Assembly (NCBI GenBank): GCA_037310415.1
Contig: CP147780.1
Location: forward strand, 2,336,001 to 2,400,000
Length of the DNA stretch: 64,000 nucleotides
Source: Candidatus Atabeyarchaeum deiterrae
GTDB lineage: Archaea > Asgardarchaeota > Atabeyarchaeia > Atabeyarchaeales > Atabeyarchaeaceae
Direction: 5' to 3'
The notes under the pieces: model-generated
What the model was told of the DNA's origin: nothing
The model's database searches: none
Seen by the model: the letters and a program-made list of their open reading frames with translations, nothing else
Position numbers and translations under genes: made by a program
Shown: positions 50,185 through 59,116 of the stretch, piece by piece
Position numbering within the stretch: position 1 is the first letter of the stretch
How the letters are laid out: each line of letters opens with the position of its first letter

Positions 50185-51648
50185 CTAATCCTCTGGCATT
50201 CTAGTGAGACCATACTTTTTCAGTTCTGCCAACATGGTTTTGTTGAGTTCCAATTCTGTGTCGTGGGCAATGACTTTCCTGAGTCTTGTCTTCTCCAGTA
50301 TGTTCTGAACTTTTGCCCTTGCTCTCTGCAGTGTGTCTTTGCTTCCTTGCTCTTCCCATTGTTTTCTGCTTGCTCTGTCAATGATCTCGGAGGGCATGTA
50401 GTGTTCTTTTCTGAACCATTTGAGAGTGTGTGGCAGTGACATGAAGCTTCCCTTCTTGCCTCTGCCTCTCAACTCTTCCACTGCCATTGTATCTTCGTTT
50501 ACCTCGAAGCCCTTAGCTATTCGCAGAGCCACTCCACATATTTCATCATCAATGACAAGTTTCTCTATGGATTGGCAGCTTTCGAATTCGAGCATCCCTG
50601 GACCTGAGATAATGTTTATTCTGGCGAGAGCCCCCATCGTGGCGCTTATGCCGCTTTCAAAGCCAGATTGAACATCAACAACTTTCGAATCAGACATTCC
50701 GAGATAAGCGTGAGTGGGTAAACCCAATCTTTTTCCAATCTGAGCGTAGGCTATGTCTATCAGAATCGTCTCAGGCGCTCCCATCGGGGTTGTGCCGTAG
50801 TGCATGTCGAAGGCACTCGGCGAACCACCATACACGACAGGTGTTCCACGCTGAACGGCCTGTGCGAGGACGATGCCACTCAGAGTTTCGGCAGTGTGTT
50901 GAACCAGTGAACCTGCGATGGTGACTGGACCAGTTGCACCCATGAGAGGCATCGAGATGAGTTCGACTGGCACCTTGTGGTTTGCACAGTCAATCAGACT
51001 GTCTGCTGTTATCTCGCTGAACATAAGTGGTGGTGATGGGCAACAGTCGAATATGGCTGTCGGATGGCTTGCCAGCCTATCCTCTCCTCCAACAACAAGA
51101 CACAGCATGTTAATCATTGCGTTTGTCCCGTCGATGGTGAATGTTCCCGTGATCACAGGTTTCGTAGAATACTTCAGAACGAGAAACAACCTGTAACGAT
51201 CTGCAACCTCTTGTGGAACATCGCTGCAAACCAACGCCGTGCTCTGAGCGCGGATATTTGGCAGTTCTTCTGCGACTTTGATGAAATTCACAAAGTCCTT
51301 TGTCACAGGTCTTCTCGACGTGCATGATTCGACGTCCAAGAAGTTGAGCGCAGCTGAGCCGGGGTTAAAGTAAACGTTGTCTCCGCCTACGCAGAGCTCT
51401 TCTTTCCCGTCCCGCGAGGACAGATTAAACGAACTTGGACAACTCTGCAGACTTCTCTTCACAAGATCCGTTGGAAACCTTGCCACTCCATTCTCCGCGT
51501 CAACATCAGCCCCCGCGACATGAAGCAGCTCCAGAGCTCTTTTGCTCTTGAATACAACTCCAGTTGCGGATAGTATAGCCATTGACGCTTCGTAGACTTC
51601 TTCCATGTCCTCATCTGAGAGGACTCGTATTGATACCTTACCTGTCAA
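50185..51648 (-). CDS. Trimethylamine methyltransferase (MttB) superfamily, non-pyrrolysine
   Basis: MGATGPVTIAGSLVQHTAE.LSG.VL.Q, G.PVVYG, SDSKVVD.QSG.E, IDR...W; no in-frame amber. Confidence 0.92.
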   Translation of the reverse strand: MTGKVSIRVLSDEDMEEVYEASMAILSATGVVFKSKRALELLHVAGADVDAENGVARFPTDLVKRSLQSCPSSFNLSSRDGKEELCVGGDNVYFNPGSAALNFLDVESCTSRRPVTKDFVNFIKVAEELPNIRAQSTALVCSDVPQEVADRYRLFLVLKYSTKPVITGTFTIDGTNAMINMLCLVVGGEDRLASHPTAIFDCCPSPPLMFSEITADSLIDCANHKVPVELISMPLMGATGPVTIAGSLVQHTAETLSGIVLAQAVQRGTPVVYGGSPSAFDMHYGTTPMGAPETILIDIAYAQIGKRLGLPTHAYLGMSDSKVVDVQSGFESGISATMGALARINIISGPGMLEFESCQSIEKLVIDDEICGVALRIAKGFEVNEDTMAVEELRGRGKKGSFMSLPHTLKWFRKEHYMPSEIIDRASRKQWEEQGSKDTLQRARAKVQNILEKTRLRKVIAHDTELELNKTMLAELKKYGLTRMPED

Positions 51649-51740
51649 CCAGAATCCCTCTTTTCTTTGAGTTCTGCCCTCTATTACTCTGATTTCTCAA
51701 TGGAGATTGAGATACAATGTTGCATATATTTCTTCAGTTC

Positions 51741-51787
51741 TCTTACTTGCCAAATGAGTAAGACATAAGATCTAAGGATCTTAGATC
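51741..51787. promoter_or_regulatory. Two adjacent inverted repeats upstream of the MttB-family gene
   Basis: TCTTACT-N9-AGTAAGA (51741-51763) and GATCTAAG-N3-CTTAGATC (51769-51787), just upstream of an AT-rich TATA-like stretch at ~51724. Confidence 0.35.
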
Positions 51788-51845
51788 GTAACTTGTTTTG
51801 AGATCACGAAAAAAAGAAGGTGAGAATGCCCCCAAGATAGCAAGC

Positions 51846-52565
51846 TCACTTACGCCGCGTAGTCACAGCAAACGAAGCAATCAATATCGCCGCAAACCCA
51901 ACGCAACCAACAATGATGTAGACCGCCATAGGATCGCTACCAGAACTCACTGTAGCAAGGGACATAGATGTTATAGTCCAATTGAACCATCCCCCAAAGA
52001 TCATCCCTTGCTGCATGAATACGTTTGCCTTCACCGTTAACCCTGTAACCTTGTCCCAATACATTTCATATCCTTCTATAAAATCTGTGTCTGTGCGGTA
52101 GTAACTAGAATTCATGAAGCCATCTATGACCAAGAGGTAGCCTCTGTAGTTGACAGTCCTCTGCGATCCTGCAACATCTATCACCATAGTCTCGTTGATC
52201 GCCCTGTAGTAGCCTCGATAGTTCGATATCACGTCTCCCACCGTCAGATTTGCCGCAAGGACGTACGGCACAACATAGTCGTTATAATGCTGAACGTCAA
52301 AAGTGCAATGCCATGTGTCAGCTATCGTGCCACTTGAGTGCAAGAAGATCACATCGTATGAGACTGAAGTTCCTTCGATTCTGGTGATCGATATATTGAA
52401 TATATCCCAGTCAGGGAAAGCCGTGCAAACAAGACTGTAGCTCGCCATATCTCCTACGTGGACACCAGGAGACCTGTCAGTTGCGGCTTTAGCGCCATTT
52501 ATTGCAGTGGAGAATGCCAGAATCGCCAATAGTACCACGAATGCGAAGATCTTCTTTTTCACCAA
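51846..52565 (-). CDS. Secreted, C-terminally membrane-anchored hypothetical protein
   Basis: Signal peptide, GV.VGD.A.Y, YWDKVTGLTVK, C-terminal TM + RRK; paralogue of 37598-38284. Confidence 0.78.
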   Translation of the reverse strand: MVKKKIFAFVVLLAILAFSTAINGAKAATDRSPGVHVGDMASYSLVCTAFPDWDIFNISITRIEGTSVSYDVIFLHSSGTIADTWHCTFDVQHYNDYVVPYVLAANLTVGDVISNYRGYYRAINETMVIDVAGSQRTVNYRGYLLVIDGFMNSSYYRTDTDFIEGYEMYWDKVTGLTVKANVFMQQGMIFGGWFNWTITSMSLATVSSGSDPMAVYIIVGCVGFAAILIASFAVTTRRK

Positions 52566-52758
52566 CGGATTGTCTCCTCCAGCTTTTACCCTCCGTCGTT
52601 AGACAGTTCTGTCTGAAATGTTGTCGGCAAAAGTGCCTATATAAGTCTAACTTATATTGTTGCTTTGCCTCCGTTTTGGACATCTAAGTCCTACCTTGTA
52701 AGATATTGGATAGGTGGCTTCAAAGACCGCAGTTCACTGTATGCGACTACAAAGGTGA

Positions 52759-53688
52759 GTGAACGTGTTGGTCAGTCTTCGAGAAATCCTTGCTCGGATA
52801 GTTCCTTCGCAGGAAGCTCGGTTAATGTATCATTCTTATGATATAGTCGGTGATATTGCGATAGTCAAGATACCCTGCGAACTCGACGAGTACGAAGCAC
52901 AGATCGGGAAAGCATTTCATGAGGCACGTCCCAAGTTGAAGTCGGTGTTCAGAGTCGTTGGGGAGACAGAGGAGATTGAACGCAACCGGAAACTGAAGCT
53001 GATTTGGGCTAGACGACTGCCATCTGAAGGAAATGTTCAAGCTGACCCAGAGACCCTCGGTCGCACGGTTTACCGTGAACATGGTTGCAGATTCGCTGTA
53101 GACGTTAGGAGAGTGTTCTTCACACCAAGGTTATCATATGAGAGAATGAGAATTGCGAAGCAAGTGAAACCGGGCGAAGTTGTGGCGAACATGTTTGGCG
53201 GTGTCGGAACCTATGCAATCATCATAGCCAAGACGTGTCCAGAGGTCGGGAGAGTCTATACGATCGATGTTAGCCAGCTTGCGCATCAGCTTGCCAAGGA
53301 GAACACTATCATTAACAGGTGTCAAGGCAAAGTCATCTCCATTCTGGGAGACGCTCAGAAAGTTTGCAAGGACCAGTTAAAGGGAGTTTGCGATCGAGTG
53401 ATAATGCCGCTTCCAGAACATGCTAGCTCATTTCTAGATGGCGCCGTAGCGGCGCTTAAAGAAGGAGTCGAGTGCGTGGTGAACTACTATACTCAGATCT
53501 CGGGAAAGGAAGTAGAAGGGAAGGTAGACAGTGCCATCCAAAAGACTGAGGCTCAAATGAGGGACTTTGGAGTCAAGGAATTTGAAGCAGATAAGTGGCG
53601 AATTGTTCGTGAAGTTGGTCCTAGAAGATATCACGTATCTATAGACTTGATAGTTACAGTGAGTCAAGGTGCGAGTTCCTTGAAGTAG
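52759..53688 (+). CDS. Trm5/TYW2-like tRNA methyltransferase (Met10+ family)
   Basis: YDIVGDIA, YREHGC.F.VD...FFTPRL..ER.R, NMFGGVG, DRVIMPLP. Confidence 0.88.
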   Translation: MNVLVSLREILARIVPSQEARLMYHSYDIVGDIAIVKIPCELDEYEAQIGKAFHEARPKLKSVFRVVGETEEIERNRKLKLIWARRLPSEGNVQADPETLGRTVYREHGCRFAVDVRRVFFTPRLSYERMRIAKQVKPGEVVANMFGGVGTYAIIIAKTCPEVGRVYTIDVSQLAHQLAKENTIINRCQGKVISILGDAQKVCKDQLKGVCDRVIMPLPEHASSFLDGAVAALKEGVECVVNYYTQISGKEVEGKVDSAIQKTEAQMRDFGVKEFEADKWRIVREVGPRRYHVSIDLIVTVSQGASSLK

Positions 53689-54590
53689 ACTAGCTCACTG
53701 GGCTCATCCTTGTCCACTTTGAAACCGATCTTCTCCAAGGATGCAAGTACACCCTCATCAAAGCATGTCCAGAGGTCGACACTTTCAAGATGCTTGCTTG
53801 AGGCGAGATTCAGGAAAGATTTGGCCAGCTTAACAGCAATCTCAGCATCGTCATAGTCCATGTAGCAAGATTGAAGACCTTTCCTATTCCATATCCTTCT
53901 CATACTGTTGTCAACGATCATGACGCCACGGATCTTATCGTTCTCTGCGTACACTAATACTCTTTTCTTCGAAATGAACTTGCGCAATTCCTGTTCATTG
54001 AGGCTGAACCATACGAAGAGGATGGTAAAGAGACCGCCACACTGACTGTAGATTGGGGATCCTTTAATGTGTCTCCAGATTTCCGTTGCAGATTCCTTGT
54101 CCGCCACCTTGACGTTGTTCAGTAGCTCTATGTCTTTCATTCGCGCTACTTTTCTTCTCATCAGGGAGAATTTCGAAAGTAGTGTGAATCCCAGATTCGC
54201 GAATAGGGCTTGGGCAGGCAAATTTGTCTCGTAAGTGGCCAACCTGATTGTCTTCGCACCCATCTTCATCGCTGTTTTCACGCATTCTGTCATCATGGCT
54301 GAGGCGATCCTCTTTCTCCTATGTCCTGGGTGGACTCTTAGCCCTTGAATCCAAGCCTCTCTTTCACTAGTCTGTCTGACAAATACGATCCCAACGACGA
54401 CCCCATTCCTCTCTGCTGTGATCAGTCGACCTGACTTGTCCCCGAACCAAGTATTGAACCTTCGACCGACATAGTCGCCCCAAGAAAAAGTGTTCTGAGT
54501 AAACTTGAGCACTTGAGCGCGGTCTTCTCTCTTGGCGCTTCTAATCACAAGTTCAACCATGATTCTGTGCACCTCGCTTATGAATCTCAC
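53664..54590 (-). CDS. GNAT N-acetyltransferase (tandem domain)
   Basis: WIQGLRVHPGHRRKRIAS, N.PAQALF..LGF. Confidence 0.88.
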   Translation of the reverse strand: MRFISEVHRIMVELVIRSAKREDRAQVLKFTQNTFSWGDYVGRRFNTWFGDKSGRLITAERNGVVVGIVFVRQTSEREAWIQGLRVHPGHRRKRIASAMMTECVKTAMKMGAKTIRLATYETNLPAQALFANLGFTLLSKFSLMRRKVARMKDIELLNNVKVADKESATEIWRHIKGSPIYSQCGGLFTILFVWFSLNEQELRKFISKKRVLVYAENDKIRGVMIVDNSMRRIWNRKGLQSCYMDYDDAEIAVKLAKSFLNLASSKHLESVDLWTCFDEGVLASLEKIGFKVDKDEPSELVYFKELAP

Positions 54591-54879
54591 CTCATCTATA
54601 CTGGACCTGAGTGGAATAGGTTTTTGGGTTTAGCAGAAGCTAGGCTGAGAAGTGAACCGACAACAAGACTAGAAAAAGACAAAGAAACAGTCTGTAAGAA
54701 CGCCCTTTGATCAATTCGCAAGACCCAGAAGAGTTTTCCAAGGATTGTGTATCCTTCCACCTATGGAGAAAACTAAGACAGATGCCGATTCCCCCAGCGA
54801 ATTTCATGGGAATCGACTTGATTGGACCGCGCGCTTTTCTCATATCACTGGGGCTGGCGTCGTGAAAACGGTTCTATTC

Positions 54880-55017
54880 TTATTGTGCAGATCTCAGTAT
54901 CTCCAAGACAATCATTATTACCCCAGCGATAAGCATGCCGGCTGTATAGCTGTCATAGGCTGAAACTAGATTCGACAATTTCCTCTTTAAGCTAGTTTTG
55001 ATTCCTATCGCTACCAT
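54880..55017 (-). CDS. Possible small membrane protein
   Basis: MVAIGIKTSLKRKL...AGMLIAGVIMIVLEILRSAQ, single TM. Confidence 0.25.
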   Translation of the reverse strand: MVAIGIKTSLKRKLSNLVSAYDSYTAGMLIAGVIMIVLEILRSAQ

Positions 55018-55125
55018 ATTGTTGTCATCACTACTATTCGGACTTTTACGTCCAACTATTGTACGAGCATAAAACACTATTTAAGGATAAGGTGTGACAT
55101 CTCTAATTGATGGGCATGTATCATA

Positions 55126-55767
55126 GTGCCTTCCCCAAGGAAAGTGGTTTTCATAATAGTGTTTGGAATTGTTGGCAGTCCGAAGAAGAGCGGCAACGTA
55201 GATCTTCTCGTATCCGAAGTGTTGAGAGGTGCCGCGAGCCAAGGAGCAGAAACACATAAGATCTACTTGAATGACTTACATATCAGACCTTGTCAGAGTT
55301 GTGGAGTCGATCCTTACCCCAAACACTGTCTTTTAGAAGACGACATGAAAGTTGTATATTCTGCGCTAGAAATCTCTGATGCATTGGTCCTGGGTTCGCC
55401 GGTATATTTCGATTCCGTAAGTGCACAGACCAAGCTTATGATAGATAGGATTAACTGCCTGATGCCCTTCGTGGAGCGAGCGGATGGAACATCTGGCTTT
55501 GAGAGAAGATTGAATAAACGTAAGAGGGGCATCTTCATAGCCGTTGCGGGAACAGAGCAGGAGTTCAACACGATTTCCACGACAGTGAAGGGTTTCTTCA
55601 GTTGGGCAAATGTCGAACTTATCGAATCGATTCTCTACCCGCATGAGGATAGCAAATTGGGCAGCGTAGCGAAAGACCTAGGAAAAATGGATCAAGCTTT
55701 CCAAGTTGGGGTTCGGATCACTGGAGATGAAGCGGCCGCGAAGGGGAAGAAAAAGAAGAAGACTTAG
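55126..55767 (+). CDS. Iron-sulfur flavoprotein / NADPH-dependent FMN reductase family
   Basis: GSPKKSGN, PCQSC...C..EDDM, GSPVYF..VSAQ.K.MIDR. Confidence 0.9.
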   Translation: MPSPRKVVFIIVFGIVGSPKKSGNVDLLVSEVLRGAASQGAETHKIYLNDLHIRPCQSCGVDPYPKHCLLEDDMKVVYSALEISDALVLGSPVYFDSVSAQTKLMIDRINCLMPFVERADGTSGFERRLNKRKRGIFIAVAGTEQEFNTISTTVKGFFSWANVELIESILYPHEDSKLGSVAKDLGKMDQAFQVGVRITGDEAAAKGKKKKKT

Positions 55768-55891
55768 CTAGTCTTGGCTGGATTCTTTGCGACAACCATG
55801 ATTTCGATCTCAACCAAGTCGATTGTTCGTTTCCCCACGTTGCCTGCCATGCCGCCCCCGCGAAGTCTGATAATCAGTACGTTCTACCTCG

Positions 55892-56239
55892 TCATGATCT
55901 AATCATTGTCAAAATCATCTTGAATCGCCCTAGTGCCTTGAGGGCATGTGGCTTCTTTGCTGGCATCAGGATCATTTCACCTTCCTTCACGTTGAAGGGT
56001 TTGCCTGCGATGATGATTTCTGCTTGTCCATCGAGAATCTGAACCATCGCATCGTATGGTGCCGTATGTTCGCTTAGACCTTGTCCTTCATCAAAGGCGA
56101 ACAGAGTCACCGTTCCCGTCTTTCTGCTAACTATTTCGCGGCTCACAACGGAACCATCATGGTAGTCCACTAGGTCAGTCAACTTTGCGGGTCGTGCTTC
56201 TAGCCTTGCCTGTGTCTTGCCTTCTTTGTTTTTTGCCAA
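55892..56239 (-). CDS. Cupin domain protein
   Basis: FAFDEGQGLSEHTAP.DA, MPA..PHAL. Confidence 0.92.
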   Translation of the reverse strand: MAKNKEGKTQARLEARPAKLTDLVDYHDGSVVSREIVSRKTGTVTLFAFDEGQGLSEHTAPYDAMVQILDGQAEIIIAGKPFNVKEGEMILMPAKKPHALKALGRFKMILTMIRS

Positions 56240-56309
56240 GAATTATCATCTCATAGATTTGAATAGCATCTCTGAGACATCTCTATTCTTTTACACTTGT
56301 GGTCTCTAC

Positions 56310-57227
56310 CTAGAACAGTTCTCCCTTGGCAACATTTATCACTTTTCCACCCACATGGACGTCTATTCTTTCTCCCATTCCTTCCGCCTTGAGAAGAAGT
56401 AGTGAAGGTCTTCCTATCTCATATCCTTGCTCGACGCGGATGTTGATGTTAGGTTTCCCGAAGTAGAGATGCTTCACTAGGTAACCTGCCAGACAACCAT
56501 TTCCACTACCTGTGGCAGGATCTTCTGGGATTCCATAGTAGTCAACGAAAACTCGGACACTCAGATCGTTTCCCGATTTGTGTGTTTCACGGCAAAAGAC
56601 AAGTATCGACTTGGCTTCTATCCTGTTTATTAGCTCGAGGTGCTTTTCTCTCACAATCCTGACTTTCTTCAGTGTCTCTAAGTTCCTCAGGGGGACTATT
56701 AGGAAAGGCACTCCGGTCGATACTTCTTCGATTGGAACTCTGGAGTCTATCTCGTCAGCATCTATTCCTAGAACTTGACAGACCATATCCTTTTCGAGGG
56801 TATGACCGAAAATTGGGGGTAATTGATGCATCCAGAGAGTATCTGGCTCCTTTCCCGCGTAGCTGAGGCTAACATGGATCTGACCGACTTTCAGGTTCAG
56901 TATTATCTCTTTTACTTCTCTTCTGATGATTTCGCGTTGGATTATGTAGGCTGTTCCTAGTGTTGGATGTCCAGCGAAAGGCAGTTCATTGGCGGGCGTG
57001 AAGATGCGAACATTATATCCGCCGTCCTGTTTCACGTCTGACAAGATGAAAGTGGTTTCCGAGAAGTTCATCTCTCGCGCGATATGTTGCTTCATTTTAT
57101 CAGGTATCGCTTTGGCGTCTCTGACAACTGCGAGTTGATTGCCGGCATATTTCTCTTCAGCAAAAACATCTACAATATGGTAAGGGATCTTCTTCATTGT
57201 TAACATCACCAATTGATTGTTTTTCAT
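56310..57227 (-). CDS. PhzF family isomerase
   Basis: VDVF...GNQLAV, NFSETTF, RIFTP..ELPFAGHP, EDPATGS. Confidence 0.93.
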   Translation of the reverse strand: MKNNQLVMLTMKKIPYHIVDVFAEEKYAGNQLAVVRDAKAIPDKMKQHIAREMNFSETTFILSDVKQDGGYNVRIFTPANELPFAGHPTLGTAYIIQREIIRREVKEIILNLKVGQIHVSLSYAGKEPDTLWMHQLPPIFGHTLEKDMVCQVLGIDADEIDSRVPIEEVSTGVPFLIVPLRNLETLKKVRIVREKHLELINRIEAKSILVFCRETHKSGNDLSVRVFVDYYGIPEDPATGSGNGCLAGYLVKHLYFGKPNINIRVEQGYEIGRPSLLLLKAEGMGERIDVHVGGKVINVAKGELF

Positions 57228-57232
57228 ATTCT

Positions 57233-57808
57233 CTATAACTTACTAGTTTTGTCAGCTTTCATGCTACTCCATTCGTAGTCAAGAATTGAATATGGAAATG
57301 AATCACGCCACTTTCCGCCTTGCATTCTGTAGTCTCTCAGACGGCCCTCTCGTTTCATTCCGATCTTCTCCATAACACGGGATGAGGCGATATTCTCCAC
57401 GTCGCACCAAGCTGAAATTCTATGCAAGCCCAATTCCTTGAAACCGAAATCGAGAAGCGCTAGTGAGGCTTCCGTTGCGTATCCTTGTCCCCAGAAATCT
57501 CTGCTGAAGATGTATCCAATCGACCCTTCGCGGTTCTGTGGATCTGATATGCTGATTCTGCATCCGCCTATGAGGATATTCTCCTCCTTCAAAGTCACTG
57601 CCAGAGAATAAATCGTACGCGGTTCCTGCTTTTGAGACGCGATTGTGCGCTGTATGAAATCTTTAGAATCCCCTTTGGTATTTGGACCCCAGCCTACGTA
57701 GCGAACTGTTTCTGGATCAGAGGCATAATTATGAACCGATATCCAATCATCTTGAGTGAAGTCTCGTAATTTGAGACGATTGGTTAGAATAGTGAACGTT
57801 AACCTCAC
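57233..57808 (-). CDS. RimJ/RimL-type GNAT N-acetyltransferase
   Basis: T.RL.LR, IGY....WGQGYATEA, N.AS.RV.EKIGM..EG. Confidence 0.92.
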   Translation of the reverse strand: MRLTFTILTNRLKLRDFTQDDWISVHNYASDPETVRYVGWGPNTKGDSKDFIQRTIASQKQEPRTIYSLAVTLKEENILIGGCRISISDPQNREGSIGYIFSRDFWGQGYATEASLALLDFGFKELGLHRISAWCDVENIASSRVMEKIGMKREGRLRDYRMQGGKWRDSFPYSILDYEWSSMKADKTSKL

Positions 57809-58001
57809 CCGTGCTTGTAATCACGCAATAATCTTTTCATACGAGCTTATTTGTTTCTTCTCTATTGTGGTGCTCAATTAAAATTGATTTTCTTCTCTAA
57901 TGAGCCTATCGTTCACCGTTCACTTTGCGCTAGGTGTCTAGTTCCTCATTTACTGGTTTGTTACTCTTCCTATGTTGGAGTTTAAATAGCTTCTATGGAA
58001 A

Positions 58002-58814
58002 TTGGTGGGCAACGGGAGGTCAGCGAAGTTGCACGAGCATGGCACATATCGTTCCCAGATTCTGGTTAGTACTAGCATTAGTGACGTAGATGACATGCTC
58101 GGAGGAGGCTTTGAACCAGGGTTATTCAACCTAGTCTACGGAGAGGCGCATGCCTCTGTAACTTCGTTGTTACTATCAGCTTCTGTAACTTCTCAGCTTC
58201 CTAGCTTCAATAATGGTGCGGGGAGTAAAGTTGTCTTCATTGACGTGTGGAATAGTTTTAACCCCTACACTGTAAGCTGCAAAGCAGCGAGTTTAGGTTT
58301 AAACCCAGAGACGGTACTTGAAGGAATTCTCGTGTCAAGAGCTTTTACAAGTGGACAGGTTGAACAGCTTATCTTGAAGAAGGTTGAGGAGGAGATTGAG
58401 AGAATTGGTGCCCGTGTCCTGATCGTCTCAGGACTTCCAGCTCTACATTTAGCTGACGATCCTAAAGGGCCGAAACAGGAAACGCTCAGTAAACTTGTTG
58501 AGATTTATGGTCAGCTTCATCGCCTTAGTTTTCAGAGGAACATTGTTGTCGTAGCATCAACAGGGCTAGCTGAAAACTCTGAATATAGGCCGGCTGGAGG
58601 TAGAGCGCTATCACACTACGCGAATGTTCACTTGATGGTGAGGGAAAGACCTAGGGTTACAGAGTATATTCTCGTGAAGCACCCAGCTATCTCGGAACGT
58701 AAGGCTTTGGTTTGGAAAGGGCGACGAGCACATTTTATGCCAACTCTTGACGCATACTTCTTGAATTATCATGATAAGAGTTCCAAGTCCAATACGATTT
58801 TGGCTGGAACTTGA
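58002..58814 (+). CDS. Inactivated RadA/RecA-like protein (PolB2-associated)
   Basis: STSISDVDDMLGGG, degenerate Walker A (YGEAHASVTS), FID..NSFNPY, I.VSRAFT..Q, GGRALSHYA. Confidence 0.85.
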   Translation: MVGNGRSAKLHEHGTYRSQILVSTSISDVDDMLGGGFEPGLFNLVYGEAHASVTSLLLSASVTSQLPSFNNGAGSKVVFIDVWNSFNPYTVSCKAASLGLNPETVLEGILVSRAFTSGQVEQLILKKVEEEIERIGARVLIVSGLPALHLADDPKGPKQETLSKLVEIYGQLHRLSFQRNIVVVASTGLAENSEYRPAGGRALSHYANVHLMVRERPRVTEYILVKHPAISERKALVWKGRRAHFMPTLDAYFLNYHDKSSKSNTILAGT

Positions 58815-58846
58815 GTGGACAAGGAAGAGTGGAGGCATGTTAGGTT

Positions 58847-59116
58847 TTGGGTAGAACGGTTCCAAGTTTTAGAATGGCTGTTGAACAGGAGCTTCAGAAG
58901 TGGAAGGAGTTTCGCCGAGGTTTACGGGCTGAAGAGCAAGACATCTTAGATGAATTGCTTGATGCTGTGAGGAAACATGCTGATGCTGGCTCGCTTGTCT
59001 GCTCGTCTTCTATTTCGGAGATAGCCGTTATGTCCATTTTGGTTGAGTTGACTAAGGAATTCAAGAAACTTGCAGCTAAAACTGGAGCATCTATGCCCAA
59101 GGGTGATGAGCATTGA
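58847..59116 (+). CDS. Small PolB2-associated helical protein
   Basis: MGRTVPSFR...W..FRR.LR signature of the small gene preceding archaeal polB2. Confidence 0.85.
   Translation: MGRTVPSFRMAVEQELQKWKEFRRGLRAEEQDILDELLDAVRKHADAGSLVCSSSISEIAVMSILVELTKEFKKLAAKTGASMPKGDEH

Noticed and set aside
50185-51648. Possible pyrrolysine (amber) recoding in the MttB homologue
   Set aside because: The ORF is uninterrupted, with Met at the position corresponding to Pyl.
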